64,000 nucleotides of DNA from Octopus vulgaris (GCA_951406725.2 OX597825.1:3286001-3350000); one strand, 5' to 3'; shown: positions 39,816-55,820, numbered from the stretch's first letter. Notes: a model not told the origin generated them from the letters alone. A program made the numbers and translations.

Positions 39816-40419
39816 ATATATCCTGCCATCCATGCACACATAAAAATATTATATATGCACAAGTCATACACGCATCACATACATATATGCATAAATACAT
39901 ACGTACACGCCACACATACACTCACATGCGAGCTCACATGAGCTTGCACACCCATCTTTGCACATGCATATATGTTTAAAACGATCAAAATGTTTTATAT
40001 GTTAGTCGAGGATTGAAAAAGATTTAGTAAGTACGAATGCAGTCACGATTATAAAATATGAAAGAAGCCCAAATGGTCAAAATCGGATTTAAAATGTAAA
40101 CATACACTCCCTTCAAAGTTCTTTAGTGTCCTACAAAAATGGTGCGGTGGAAGAGGCCTAAAAGGGAGTATTTACGTATTGGCTTTTGATCATTTTACTA
40201 ATAAACCATGTGTAATCCCAAACACATTAATCTGAAGAAGTTAGCTACGTACAGCACTTCTCTATCATTTGACTCTGTTACTCATATAGTACACGTATGA
40301 ATTAATTATGTGAAATTACATGCCTAACTTATTCAGTATGAGTCAATGTCTACGTATATTATCCTTGGTATATATATTGCCTATTTTTTTTCAAAATCCA
40401 GTTAACTGACTTTTGCTTT

Positions 40420-41160
40420 TGACAAACATTTAGTTTAGACCAGTATTTTTTTTCTCTTTTTTGACAAAATGCAGTGCCTTTGCCTTCCGGTACTTTCGAT
40501 CCCTTGGTTACTTTCAAAACTGAATAATCTTGAATATGCTCTTTCCACATATTTCCAGTTTCTTACTCAACGGAATTTTGCGTAATTGCTTTTCTATGAT
40601 GTGTTATCTGTGAAATCTGTAGGCTGGCAAAGGGAATTGTTCCTTTTAGGTTATGCAGCATATGGGATTCTGCCCTGCAGTTCATATCTGCATTTACTTT
40701 GAAGGAAAGTTCAATTTCAAATTATATATAGAACCCATTGTCCAAATATTTGAAGTTGTGTTTGTTGCATATTCTACATCTGTGATCTCCACAGAGAATG
40801 ACAAATTATCCTCTCACGGATTTCTGTCTTCAAAGATACGTATATTTATTAAAAAAATGGTAGATATTTACTGTTTCGTGAAAGGTTTACGTCAACGTGA
40901 TTTTTCATTTTGGGGACTTTCGAGGAACATTGGTAGGTTTGCGTTTATAATGGGGACAAGGGATTGTGTATTGACATACGGAATACTATTTTCTGTAATT
41001 TTCTTCTTAGATATCATCAGGTATTTGATGTTTAGTTTTATCACCTTTATTGTTGTTTGTTTTAGAGGGCATTTCTGCTTTTCTAAGGAAGCGTTTGAAT
41101 CATTTAGTCGATTTCATGGTATTTCCGGGTCAATTACAGTTGATATTCTATTCCCCTCCT
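40420..41160 (-). mobile_element. Penelope-like element remnant (RT thumb/linker to GIY-YIG endonuclease)
   Basis: Minus-strand frameshifted peptides IPYVNT..PIINANLPM, CGDHRCRIC (40793-40767), FKVNADMNC, LRKIPLSKKLEICGKSIFKI and KREKKYWSKLN follow the PLE C-terminal order. The GIY-YIG core itself appears deleted. Confidence 0.75.
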
Positions 41161-42509
41161 TTAGCAGAGCATTACCAACACACATCGGACCGATAGCTTA
41201 TAGCCGTGCCCCCGTCTTCTTTTCCCGTAAGAATTCTTGTTCATCGTTGGCAACTCGAACGAGCTAATAATATACATACATACATGAATATATTAATAAA
41301 AGATGGATTTAACGGGCATTATTAGAGATCACTACAATGGTTTCAACATATTATTACAAGCTGTTACATATGCTAATAATAATTATTAGTGTTAAAAATT
41401 AGAGGCGTATGCATATATGAGTCTTGTGTGAAAATGTTTGGGTGTGTGTATATTTACATATTTATATATACTGATATATACATTTTTGTATGCGTTCCTG
41501 TTTGCAAGAATCTGTTTGGTATTTTTATGCATGCCTCACTAGCCATGGAAGTCTGCCATTGAAAAAGATGAGGAAAACTGAAATTACGTGAATTGTAAGT
41601 TCTGACAGAAAGAGTTTCCGATTATCTTGTTCTAGAGATATAAACATGTGGTGCCTTCCTATTTGCACCAGACAACTATAAGCGAGGTCTATTGTGTTAT
41701 AACATAATTCAGTTTCATGTGTTTCAACACAATATCCACTTTTAAATGAGGATAAATGCGAAATAATACCTGTAGTGGGCGCAGAAAATGGCACAGACAC
41801 ACATATAGACAGACACACGCACAAGCATATGAGATTTCAAAAATGAAACGTAATTTGTCCAAAGCTTTCTATAGGTTATTGGCTCTGCCTTCAGGATTCT
41901 AGTCTCACACAGCAGTACCCTTCTGATTGCACAATGTGCAAACATTGCCGCCATATATATATGGCATAACACCTCTGAGTTTCGGCCAGGTGGCCAAAGA
42001 TTCATTCGATTCTTCTTTTTATTTTTCCATATGAATGAATTTGTTGACGTGTAGCTACCCTTATTTGTTGTTGTAAAATTATGCAGACTATTTAGATATC
42101 CACCGTCAATGCTATCGAAACTAACGCCCTTGTAATTTTATATACCCCCAGATATTTGGGCTGAACAATTGTAAATTACATTATCAATAAAACAGTTTAA
42201 GCTATTCTCCTATAAAAGCACGTATTCTGCATGGTTATTAGATCTCATAAGTTCTTTGTCTTTCACATCAGATTGTCTGTGGAGGGGAATGACAGAAATG
42301 TTCGATTGAACAACGTTCGTTTACGGAAACGATCATAACATTGACTTGACCTTTTTTTACCTCTATGAATTTAATTATATATACAAATTATTATTAATGA
42401 CATTTTATTCTTTTCTGTAGCCAAATTGTTGTAAATATGTGTAAATATACCTACAAATATTTGTCTTTGTTACGTATGCATGCATACACAAACATAAACA
42501 CCCACACCT

Positions 42510-42558
42510 ACACATATATATGTGTATGTGTGTTTATGTTTGTATATCTGTACATACA

Positions 42559-42607
<49 letters not shown>

Positions 42608-42707
42608 TATATGTATATATATATTTGCATACACATACATATATATCCACGCATATGTATGTAATATATATATATATGCAAATGTACACTCACACACACA
42701 CACACAT

Positions 42708-42792
<85 letters not shown>

Positions 42793-42806
42793 TACGTGTG
42801 TATATA
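42510..42806. repeat. TA/CA compound microsatellite field
   Basis: Direct reading. Confidence 0.95.
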
Positions 42807-43237
42807 TCAGAACGGATAAATCTCTGTAGAAAGAATAGAATAATAAATTAGACAAAATAAATATATAGAACAGTTTTGTTTTGAAGTTCGAAAACCATTT
42901 TACTATGCTTCTCAATCACAGAAGTTTTTGAAGTTGATTCAATGTTGAGATTTAGTTTTTGTTTACAAAATTAATTTTCTTTCTCGTATGTGAAGGCATA
43001 ATTATATTTTTCACCTTTTTTATAATGTTTTAACCCTTTCACACACTTCTTCATCTTAGCTGGCTTTTGTCGGTGCTCTTTGTGTTCAGATATCAATTTC
43101 AAAAGAAAAAAAAAAACACTTTCTTTCTACTGATTTAATTATTCAGTAGTTTATACTTAATACGAAACGCACGGAGTTCAGCTTAGTATTTCAAATGGTT
43201 GGAAATATAAATGTGTAAAATATTAATATCAACATCC

Positions 43238-43340
43238 CCATCATCATCATCAGCATCAACATCATCATGTTTATCATCATCAGCAGTAGCATTGCTGGTA
43301 TTATTCTTGTTATTGTTGATGTTTTGGTCGCCGTCGTTGC

Positions 43341-43406
<66 letters not shown>

Positions 43407-43447
43407 CATTATTATTACTATTATTATCATCATTATTATTATTATTA
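43238..43447. repeat. (ATC)n/(ATT)n microsatellite
   Basis: Direct reading. Confidence 0.95.
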
Positions 43448-43996
43448 AATAAATCCTCATTATCCATGTACTTACAAACATTATTATCATGTTTTATGTG
43501 GTTTCTACTGCTAAACATGTGCAACCCGGTCTTTCGGAGTTATGTCTCTTTTTTTTTCTTTCTATTTTACTTGCATCTTTGTTTTTTTTCTTTTTTTCAT
43601 TTGGTGCTGATTCTGAATTTCACGTCTTTATTGAATTGTGTTAATTGATTTAGTGCCGGATGACGGTTACGTAATTACTCGACTTGCCTCTGCTCTGTTT
43701 TATGTTTTGCTAACAATTGTGTACTATATGACTTCTGTCAGTTATTTTTGGAACATGGCATGTGTTATACTTTCGAATGTCTTGTATGTACGAGTGTAGT
43801 TTCAGATGATATTGAGAAAATTCAGCTCAGAATACGTTGAGTGTTTTGCGTATAGAAAGCGCTCATTTGTCATATAAATATTTTTTTTCTATTTTCTCAG
43901 ACACATTCATTCGCATAGGGAACTGTCTTTCCATAGGATATTGTCTAACAGTTTCTTGTACCTTAAACGGATATGTTTTAGTTGCATAGTAACTAT

Positions 43997-44194
43997 TCTT
44001 TTCTACTCTAGGCACGAGGTCCAAAATGTTAGGGTCAATTAGATCGACCCCACTACACAACTGGTACTTAACTTATCGACCCCAGAGGATGAAAGGCAAA
44101 GTCGTCCTCGGTGGAATTTGAACTTAGAACATAAAGACAGACAAAATGCCACTCCGCATTTTACCCGGCGTGCTAACAATTCTGCCAGCTCGCC
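43997..44194 (-). mobile_element. SINE family D
   Basis: Minus strand reads ggcgagctggcagaattgttagcacgccggg...gttcaaattccaccgaggacgactttgcctttcatcc. Confidence 0.88.
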
Positions 44195-47100
44195 GAATAA
44201 TAATCATTATAACGACGCTGGTTGGAATCGTTCGTGTATCTAGTTGAATAAACTAGACTTTTAAATATACGTTCTGAATTCATTTGTACCTCATCCCTCC
44301 ATTTGGGTATGTAAAATATATATCTAGGAAGTGTATATATATTCCATATAGCCACCATATCCAAAATATTTCGCAGAAACCATTATACATAATGCTTCAT
44401 TGTAGAATTTTCACTCTGTGGTTTAGGTTCAACTCTTTCTTGATTCTATCATCTCTTAATTTCCTTCAAATATTCCTTTGTTTTGAGAGACAGATTGGCA
44501 GAGGGTACATCTTCCCTAGTTATTCATATTAAGGCAGGCTTATCTGCATTTTAATTATTGGCAATTGAATAGTTAACTTAAATATGTAAATTCTTGAAAA
44601 TTATGGTGCTAGGCTATTGACTTCGCGGTTATGCAAATTTAGCATTCCAAAAAATGCTGTGGAGAACTATTACGCAAAATACACGGATATTTTTTAATAT
44701 TATATTTCGCCATTGATTAATTATTGATTGACAAAAAAGAATTTAGAAAGGAAACGTTCACACATTGAATTTCCATGCAAATATCCATATTTTGTGGAAT
44801 TTTATTTTGAAAGATTGTCAGTGAGAGAACAGTTGAAATATGACTACGAAATCGAAGTGAGATCATAAAAAAAAAAACAAAAATCACTATTAGAATAGAG
44901 AGGCATGACATTTGATCAATCGCTAAGAAAGAACTCTTTGTGCAAATAAATATTAGAAATAATGTATCGTCATTCGGTGACATACTGCAATTTGGAACTT
45001 TTGAAAAATGGTTTTCTTTTTAACAGCTTGAATGTTATTTAAACTTCTAACATGCTTGCTCAGAGTGTAATGTTCATATTTAAGTTGTTTTCTAAAAAAT
45101 GGTAATTATGGCTTAGAATGTTGAAAACATGAGATATGTGAATTTGATTTTGTGCAAGGTCATAATCTCAATTCGTCACTCAGAATGTGCTTGATTCGAA
45201 GACATCCAAAAGAGCGTTGCATTCTATACAATCGAAATGATGTTGGGATAAGTCGGAAGCTTGGTTCAAGAATATTATTCGAATATCATTCGCATTTTGA
45301 TAGCTTTATCAGCCACACCGTGAAAGGAAATCCGAAATGATTGCAAAACTAAAATCTACGTGAGAAACTACATAACTGAAGATGGTTACAAGAATGGTCA
45401 GAATCTAGGGAAAATCTTTTTCCTTTTCATCCTTTTCATCAGTTTCCATACCAAATAAGGATCATAGAAAAAAAACAGTAAAATTTGAAATGATACATTC
45501 GATAGCATCATCAGATAAAATGTGCATAGTTACAAACACACACACATTCTCTATCTCGCTCCTCCTCTCTCTCTCACACACACACATACATTCATGCACA
45601 CATTAATGCACACACATACGCACATATATATCTCATACACAGACACAAACACACGCATACATATATATAAGGAGAGAGAGAGAGATGGCGAGAGATGGGA
45701 ATGAGAGAGAGATATGTACATATACCGTTTTATATATCTATATATCGAAAGGTCATTCCAAGACACCATAATGGCAGAAGAGGCTATTTAACACTGTAGG
45801 AGTTCTAAAAACTGATAACTGTTTGTCTCAGGCACTCGTTGCACGAGATCGATTCAAGATGATTTTTATTTTTCCTGATGAGACAGTGGGACCGGTTGTT
45901 TACAAATCCTGCTCACTATTATAATATTAATTGTGCATGAAGTGAATCAAACCGAAATATCACCAGCAACAAATACACGATTTTTATAAAAATTGTTCTG
46001 GACACATTGAAACGGTTATCAAGATTCTTCATTATCATCAAAAATGTCTTCTGAAGATTCATTGCTAAATTATAATTAAAGACTGCCATTACGATTACTC
46101 CAAACAGCATTTGAATTGACATGTAAATTAATGTTATCATTCTAAAGAATCAGGAAGAAAACTGAAAAAGAAGTCATTTTCAAGGGTCATGCTATTTTCG
46201 AACTACACAGCTATTACAAGTGTTTCATTTGTTGTGTTAAATACCCAAACCTCTGCAAATTACACAACAATTGGTGACATAATACTGAAATAATGATAGC
46301 AATGTTTAACATGATCACTCTGTAGTGAGGCGGGAGTTGCTATTGGAATCTCAATAATGAAGCATTCTAAACGTTGCACGCCATATCTCTATTCTCACTT
46401 TAGAATTTCCTTGATTTGCACGAAAATAATTGCAAGCAATGTTCAGGCTGTGTATCTACTAACACAACATTCAACAGAATCCAGAGAACTAAAGTCATGT
46501 ATAAATCTTTGGTCAATATCATGGCATTGTATACACTATTTCATGAAATCTTTTCATTGAGATCATACGCAAAATCACATATTTGCGAAGGGAATTTCTT
46601 TAGCGCTCAGCCGTACAGTTGCCTATATTCCATTCATGACATACACTGCTAACTTTCACATAGTCACAATGAATTTGATTGATGTGATCCCGGTTGTAAA
46701 ATAATCTAGGTTTGTAGCTAAATTAAGTTCTGTCAATGCTTCTGTAGAACTGATATTCCCTTATCACTATTACGTGAAATAAATGGGTTTGCATTGTACC
46801 TTCGGGCAACATAAATCACCTTAATTGCTTTCATCTATATTTGATGCTTGAGCGACTGCCTTTAGAATGGCAACTTCTCCATACATTTCCTGCTTTTATA
46901 ATTCTTGTAAAGGCCTCTAAATATCGAACTATCCAACATATATTACCATACAAATATTGAGCAAACGATATGCTAAATAATTAAAAATTGAAATGGTTCA
47001 CAGTCAAAATGACTCGCATTTATCTCTGGATAATGTTACGAAAAATACTATTAGCACGTAAAACAAATTAGCTTTGAGAAACAAAGAGCTTTCTGCATTT

Positions 47101-49242
47101 CAACGCTACAGTGTCTCCCACAGAAAGTGCCCACACGATAATAGCTGGTTTTACAACGCCTTAAATTTTAACAGAACATGCTCGAACGTAGGTTTAGATA
47201 TATTCATGACGTAAAATACCTCCAAATATATTATGCAACATATATATATATATATATATAAGAATAATCATTTATTTATTTATATGTTTTATCATCTTAA
47301 AATCTGATTAAATTTTGAAAATATATTCATAAGAAAGTTCACATGAATTCTGTAGCATTGATTTGTATGTTTTAACTCAAGTACTTATTGAAGAAGAACT
47401 ACTCAAGTAATTTGGATTTTTTTTTCCTTTTTTGATAAAATAAATTTGACATGTTAATCTCTTTCAGAAATTCCTGTATGCATGTGTGAAAGCTGAATAT
47501 AGTTACTTAATGTTTTCTTAAATCGTTTTCCTTTTATAATCATTTTTTTTCTTTCTTCATATTCTTTTTCTTTCTTCATATTCAAGTGGCTTTAGAATTC
47601 ATTATGAAGAAAATTGTGCAACTTGTTTCCTGCTGAGAATCGAGAACTTTAAATATGGCTGCAGGCTTAACATTTAAATTTATTTAGATGAACGAAACTA
47701 CTTTCAAACTAAATTTTGTCACAAAATATGATTCAATATCACATTTTTCTTTTTGAAACACAAATTGGAATTTAACGTTGAAAGAAGCTAGTGTAAGGAA
47801 GATGTTGAAAAAGTCAAAAGTATTCGGAACGCTTATGGGGAAGAGTAATGTTAGTTCCTTTAAACTATTTTAAGGTTGCGCATATTAATCAAGAATATTT
47901 TCATCATCATCATCAGCATCATCGCTACATTATACAACATTTGTATTTTTTATTGTTATCTGTTAGATAAATCTATGAGTATAGATCTCAAATGCTGTAG
48001 ACAAGTGAATATCAAAATTAAAGCATTAAGGTTCTTGCAAAATTTAAAAAAAACATTTTTGTTTTTAAATTTTACGCCCCTTTGTTCTGATGGGGATATT
48101 CTGAATACATATAAATTATCTATCCCATAGTAATGGTCTCAATTTAATTTTTAGAACTATCATAATGTTATAAAACAAGCACATTTTTCGAAGTCCCACT
48201 TTCAATTCTTTCTATTGAAATAAGAAATACGATTAATTTTATTGTTACTGTGATATAATTACTATTTAATTAATTGCAACATAACAAACAATTGTGGCAG
48301 CGGTTAATCTATATAAATGTAGTATTTCAGAATAGTATTAGACGACGAAAACATGAAAAGAAATGGTGGATTTTATATGTCTCTTTTCTTACAGTAACTC
48401 GACTTATTGGAGCTGCAATATTTTATAGAATTTCAATAAAATCTTTAAGTGATTATTCAATAGCTAGCGTTTGTGAGGAACAACTTGGCAGAATCGGTAA
48501 CACACTGATAAAATGTTTAACAATATTTCTTCCATCTTTACGTTTGAAATGTAAAAATGTACTGGGCTGATCTGGTCTTACATTTTTTCGGCAATTCGAT
48601 AAAATAAATTATGTACCATTTGAGAAAATGGAATCCATTTATCACACACCAAAATTTATGTACTTTGACATTATTTGAAAACAATATCTACTGTTTGTAC
48701 GAAATATTTTGTTTTTATTATCTTTGTGAATATAAACTGTCTTCTGGATAAATTACAGGAGCATTTTATTCGGGTTTCAATTAATTGTCTTACCTTTCTA
48801 TTAATCATGACACCAAAATGCCATGACATATATTTCGACAATTCAGACTACGCTGTGCATTTTACTGTTAAATATGGTATAACTCCCACTGAAAAGTCTC
48901 TTAAATTTTCCGATATTAAATTATTTTTTACCTTGTGAATAAAAGGATTCCAACGATGTTTGCGATATCATTACGTCTTGCTTTCGGGTGTCACTTAAAC
49001 ATATTTACAGTTTTATGACGTTTGTAGGTGAATATTTATCTATAATAAATATTAATGAAAACATAATTATATTCTTTGGTCAAATGAATGCCAAATTATT
49101 CTAAACACTACTCATTATCAGATAACTTTCAACACATTATTCCATAAAAGAAATGATTAAGGAAATCAATATCACACAGAATATTTGCATTCGATTTCGA
49201 GATGAAATCAACCGCTAGCAAAACTGGAAAACAATTATAATG

Positions 49243-49432
49243 TTTTCTAATTTTGGTACAAGGCCAGTAATATTAATGGGAAAAAAGTTCATTACATTGC
49301 CCCAAGTGCTCATCTGGTATGTTGTTATTGACCTCGAAAGAATAAAAGACAAAATCGACCCCGGAGGAATTTGAAGTGTGATCATAAAGATCATAAATAA
49401 ATGCCGTCAATTAACGATTCTTTCCAGCTCAC
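49243..49432 (-). mobile_element. SINE family D, diverged copy
   Basis: ttggtacaaggccag...aaaatcgaccccggaggaatttgaa...aacgattctttccagctcac. Confidence 0.75.
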
Positions 49433-51534
49433 TAACTGAGCAAATAGAAGCGTAGCGTTAATGAGAATGAATCAGTTCCTCTCCAAATAATATTCCCGGT
49501 TTATCGGGTCACATAGTTTAAGAACCAATTGCAGTATTGTGATTTAGAAAAATATTACAATTTCAAAGTATTGCGAAAACTTTGATGATACGTCGCATGG
49601 AATGAAACGTAAATAGTAAAAATAATATTTTCGCACTCATTTGCCCTGCATAGAGAACATTTACGAATATCGAGGTTTTAATCTCTCTCAAACTTTTTTC
49701 TCTGAATAACAATATATAAGAATGTGTGAGCATCTATACAAGCTCTCACACACGTGTGCAAACACGCTTAGACACGCATATATGTATATATACATACATA
49801 TATATATTCATATATATATATATATATTCATATATACATGTTTGCTGTGGCTAAATAACAGTAACATTCGTCCTAATAAGGACTACCACATTATGTTGGC
49901 AAATACTGTTTACTTTAAAGTACTGTTAGTGAATGTTTCTCGTTCACAGATTTAGAAACAATATTTTGTTCTATTTATGAGATCAGTGATTGTGTGTCAC
50001 TTTGTAAAATATATATTTCGGAAAAGAATCTCGTGCCGACAGGGGTTTTAGTGCGGGGGAGATGTGGTGGCATAATGAGTGTGACTGTTATCAGAGAAAG
50101 AGTTAACAAAGTTGTGTAGGCGACAAATATGGGGTGCCAGTAGGACGTTAACTTTAATACAGCTCTTATTCAGGGATATGCACGTGACGCTACATATGTA
50201 CTTTTGTAAATGCATAAATACATGGATACACACTCACACACACACGCACATACACTAGCGCGCCAGAAATAACTTTTAAAACGCCGACGAAGGGAACTTA
50301 AGCTGGGTACGAGGAATACGTGACTTTAAGGAGAACCGGGGTCGGTAAGATGACAACAGTTGTTTACAGGCAGCGTTTCTGTTGTCCATCGTGAAGAATC
50401 ACTGACACACAGGCACACATACACATACATACCGATATGACTGGATCGTCAACCTTTAATGTACCAACTATATGTACATTAATGCCCTTCGGCTCTGAAA
50501 CCTTTTTCTGAATGTTCGTCATAAAACCACGATGCCAAATGTTGTTCCATTTCAAGACAAGTCTGTACTAGTTCTCTTTGAACAGTCAGCTGTCAGTTTA
50601 CCTAAAACCAAAAAACAAAAAACAAACACAAAACACTATAAAAAATGCTTTTATTAATAGGAAATGTTGAAATTAATGCATCGAGATATCACAGGCCTAG
50701 CATCATTCCTTCATAGATGGCTTTTGAACTTTTCAACCCCACCTCGTAGTTTCGTTTGAACAGATGAAACATGTAACTAGCAGCTTAACCACTTGCCACA
50801 CTTTATATAGCTAAATAAATATACAATCTAATAAAAGAAAACACTGGAAGTCTTCCAACTCGCTCTTATAGACATGAGTACTCTATTGATTAGTCTCTAC
50901 TGGCTATATATAGGAAGTTTCCAACACGAGAGTGGAATCGAATAAAAGGATACAAAAGCTAAATAACACAGAACTAAATAAATAAAAATCTCGTGAAGTT
51001 GAAGTTCTCTTTCAGATTGTTCATTCTTGCTAAGCAGTCATCAAATAAGTTTTCGTTTATTGTGTTATTATGTTCTATTGATTAATTCAAAACGGATGGC
51101 TCTACTTTTTTTTTGTTTCAGTTTCAGTTTACAGATCGATGGAGTATAATTTCCATATGCAGGCATATAATCGTTTGAAAATGTTTAGCGTCTTGCATTA
51201 ACATAATCTTTTCACTTTAAAGGTATCTCGTTTAGAATATTCTAATTTCTAATCACATAAGTAACAACTGATAAGTAAGTCTCTGGATTGTCTATCCAAG
51301 TTCATCAGGAGGTATTTAATGATAATGCACAAGCTTTAATTACTTTTCACTATTACTGAAAACATTGTAACATGCATATTATTTGATGTATGATTGTGAT
51401 GGTCAAGATATCAGTTGATTAGTTTTAATTAAACCCATGAATATGTTTGCCTTAAATTTCATTTCAGTGAATCTAATTGCCTTTCACTCGGAGAAAGTTT
51501 CGCATCGGTGAAGATTGAACATCCTGGTCAAAAG

Positions 51535-51775
51535 GTCTCTGAATCTGTGTTGTTAAGCATGTTGAACGAAAGACCCCTGTTTCTAAAGAAGTCCTCTCGA
51601 CATATGGTTATGATGCTCCCCCACTACTTCACTTTGAGATCAGAGGTGCACATATCATCATTAACAAAGGGAACTGCTTAACTGGATAAAGTTAAGCAAC
51701 TAATTATCTATGGTACTGAGCGGAATATTTGCTGTTGCCCATCTTCTATAAAAAGACAAAAATTGTGCATTAGAT
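51535..51775 (+). repeat. Probable interspersed repeat (SINE/LINE 3' portion)
   Basis: tatgatgctccccactact...gagcggaatatttgctgttgcccatctt resembles a common octopus repeat from memory. It is single-copy in this window, so it is not verifiable here. Confidence 0.4.
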
Positions 51776-51861
51776 CACTTACAAACATTCAAGATTAGAA
51801 GCTGAGAACCACTGCCTGGTACTGCATTTGGGCATAGTTCCTATGATTATTATTATCATTA

Positions 51862-52225
51862 CTCTTCTTCTTTTTCTTCTTCTTCTTCTTCTTCTTCTTC
51901 TTCTTCTTCTTCTTCTTCTTCTTCTTCTTCTTCTTCTTCTTCTTCTTCTTCTTCTTCTTCTCCTTCTACTTCTTCTTCTTCTTCTCCTTCTTCTTCTTCT
52001 TCTTCTTCTCCTTCTTCTTCTTCTCCTTCTTCTTCTTCTTCTTCTTCTCCTTCTTCTTCTTCTTCTCCTTCTTCTTCTTCTTCTTCTTCTCCTTCTTCTT
52101 CTTCTCCTTCTTCTTCTTCTTCTTCTTCTTCTTCTTCTTCTTCTTCTTCTTCTTCTTCTTCTTCTTCTTCTTCTCCTTCTACTTCTTCCTCTTCTACTTC
52201 TTCCTTTTTTCTTCTTCTTCTTCTT
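51862..52225. repeat. Long (CTT)n/(GAA)n tract with CTC interruptions
   Basis: Direct reading; about 360 bp of almost pure pyrimidine. Confidence 0.98.
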
Positions 52226-53288
52226 ATACTCTTTCTTCTTTTTCGCAGTTGAATTTCCGCCATGGTTGAATTTTCCTTTACGCTTTGATGGTCGATAAAG
52301 TATATATTGTTGCATCTTGGATCGTTGCAATCGACATGTCCTTCCCCGAAATTACAAACCAAAATTTGAAATCTTTATTTTTCCAAAAGGCGCTGAGCAT
52401 GCAGAACCGCGAGCGCCGGGCAAAATCTTCTTCCGTCTTTCTCAGTGCAATTTCCGGATTCATTTCCCTTCGCTTCCTCTTCTGTCGGGTATCTCACCTC
52501 AACTGCGACAAAGCATTTTCCTCGATTCCCTAGATTAGCCTCAGGCAGTTTTCATTTTTGGCATGCGTAGCTCCCACGTGACTCCTTAGTTATTAATGAA
52601 ACGCATTTGTAGATAATTGTTTCTTTATCTTTGTCTCTTTCATGCATTTCAGTTGCTGTGTTCGAAAGAATATTTGCCATTCTTTCCTATGCGTTATTTG
52701 ACATCACTTAGCGTTTTATCCGACATCTTAACTTTCTGTAGTGAAGACCAACTTGTGAGAAACCGCTCCCATTTTGTTTGGAAATTATACTCACGCAATT
52801 TCCGCCCGTGATAGTATTGGCGAAGATAATGTTGACGATGGTGTTGTCAGAGGTAGCGATCATACCCTTATCAATACTGCTCTTTTCTAGCTCTTGTTAT
52901 TGCAGCTGATGTTGTTGGTGTTCTTAATACTGTCTTTATTTTTCTGCTGACTGTATGTTGTTTTTCGGCCGAAGCTGTTAAAGGAATAAAACATATATTT
53001 TCTCTCTGGTCGACTTAGCAGCCATAACCTCCTTCGATTTTGGAAAGCTATGCTTTTGTGTTTATTTCGAATTGTGAAATTTTCAATTTTATATTTCAAA
53101 ATTTCAAAATTCTCCCTCATGTAGGGAACGTTTCATTCAACCAGCTCGCTTGCATAGAAGCAAGCTGACTTATAAGTAAATACTCAAACAAAAATTCTAA
53201 TAACAAGCACTGTAAACAAGGAAATTCAAACAAAATTTACAAGCTGCCAACAATCATGCACTTTTCCAACAGATGTCCCTGCTGAAAT

Positions 53289-53850
<562 letters not shown>

Positions 53851-53902
<52 letters not shown>

Positions 53903-53989
53903 TATCAGCAATAACAGTAATAATAATAACCAAAAAAAATAATGATGATGATGATGATGATGATAGCGATGATTATGAAAATGATGACT

Positions 53990-54061
<72 letters not shown>

Positions 54062-54066
54062 ATGAT
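53851..54066. repeat. (AAT)n and (GAT)n microsatellites
   Basis: Direct reading. Confidence 0.96.
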
Positions 54067-55090
54067 GGTGAACATTAGAAAAATAACAACTTGAATGTTG
54101 AGAATTGACAAAAAGAAAACATGAATTTATTCTTCGAAAATTTTGTAAGTATTAATTCAAACATCAGAATCAAGAAAAATGGTTTAAACTTGGAAGTAGG
54201 ACAATAGTACTTGAAATAAAATAATTATCTTTCCTCCTCTCTCTCTCTCTATCTATCTCTTTCTTCCCGCTCTCTCTCTATATATTTCTTTCTTCCCCCT
54301 ATATCTCTTTCTTTCTTCCCCCTCTCTGTCTTTCTTCCTCTCTCTCCATATCTACCCTCTCCCGCTCCTGCTTTCATCCAAATGCGTTACAGCGGCAAAA
54401 ATAAATACACAGATGAAAATTTATCGAATACAAAATGAAATCTAATGTTTGATAAGAATCTCAACTAAATATGTATAAATATTCAGAAGACATTCTCCAC
54501 AATGCAAAGAATAACAAAACACAACAAGAAAAGCGAAGTAATTTTAAGAATCACGGTGATTATGATGTTAAAGATAATAGTAATCATAATGGTGGTAGTG
54601 GTAGCAGCAGCAGTAGTAGTAGTGGTAGTGGTGGTATTAGTAGTAGTAACAACAACAGCAGCAACAACAACAAAGAGAAGAGAGACGACACTAAAGACAA
54701 AATGGTATTGGAGAAATATTTATTAAAAGTAAACAAATGGAAATAATGATAGCAGGAAACCAGAGATAAAATTCAATAAACTCAAACGTATCTGGCGTTG
54801 TTTTAGGTTCGGTGGCTGCGAATTACAGCTGCTTGTGTAGGAGTATGAACACACACAAACACACACACCCATACATATACACAAAGACATATACATATAT
54901 ATATATGTGTGTGTGTGTGCTAAATATAGGCTTATCATTAATTTTTTGCTGATTTGCACTATGATTTCTAGGTGTTACATTTGTATAGGGGGAAATTGTT
55001 GAAAACTGCTTCATATAAAAATATTATCATTCACGGACTGTGTTAATACCTGTGAATGGAACCGCCTTCTTATGAGCTGGTACTGTGTAT

Positions 55091-55206
55091 AGGTGCAGGA
55101 ATGTGTGTGTGGTAAGTAGCTTGCTTATCAATCACATGGTTCTAGGTTCAGTCCCACTACGTGGCACCTTGGGCAAGTGTCTCCTAGTATAGCCTCGGGC
55201 CGACCA
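55091..55206 (+). mobile_element. SINE family A, 5' half only
   Basis: aggtgcaggaatg...ggttcagtcccactacgtggcaccttgggcaagtgtc...atagcctcgggccgacca. Confidence 0.85.
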
Positions 55207-55472
55207 GTTGCGGCCATAATATAAGGGTCAGAAAGAACAAATGTACTGTAATAATTATTATAGAATCTTAACACAATGTTGAGACTAGATACTTCACACA
55301 CATTTCTATATAACTAATATTTATCTTTTTGTGAAAATTTCAAACAAATAATCTTCTAAATATGACCAATTTACACGACATATGAAGGAAAATATATAAA
55401 AGAAATGTTATGCCTACATTTATAGTACTTCTCTTTCAACTTTCGTATACGCACAAGTTTACACACTCACAC

Positions 55473-55545
<73 letters not shown>

Positions 55546-55772
55546 TATTCAACATTTTCTCTTTCTCACTAGACCGCTGGTGGCGAAAAAAAGTTCTATT
55601 GAATTTTTTGCTACCCTATATAGATTAATTAAATATATATATATAAAAGCTTACTTGGAGGAAAGAAACGAAACGATGCGAGGGCGCTCAGTCATATAAC
55701 AATTTAATAAATAAAATATATGCATACATACATACACATATGTACGTACCTACATCTATATGTATATCTACA

Positions 55773-55820
<48 letters not shown>

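Noticed and set aside
40653-41267. 204-aa plus-strand ORF
   Set aside because: It is the antisense shadow of the Penelope-like remnant on the minus strand.
47546-47583. 19-bp tandem duplication (also 13-bp at about 7491 and 15-bp at about 38396)
   Set aside because: Ordinary slippage duplications.
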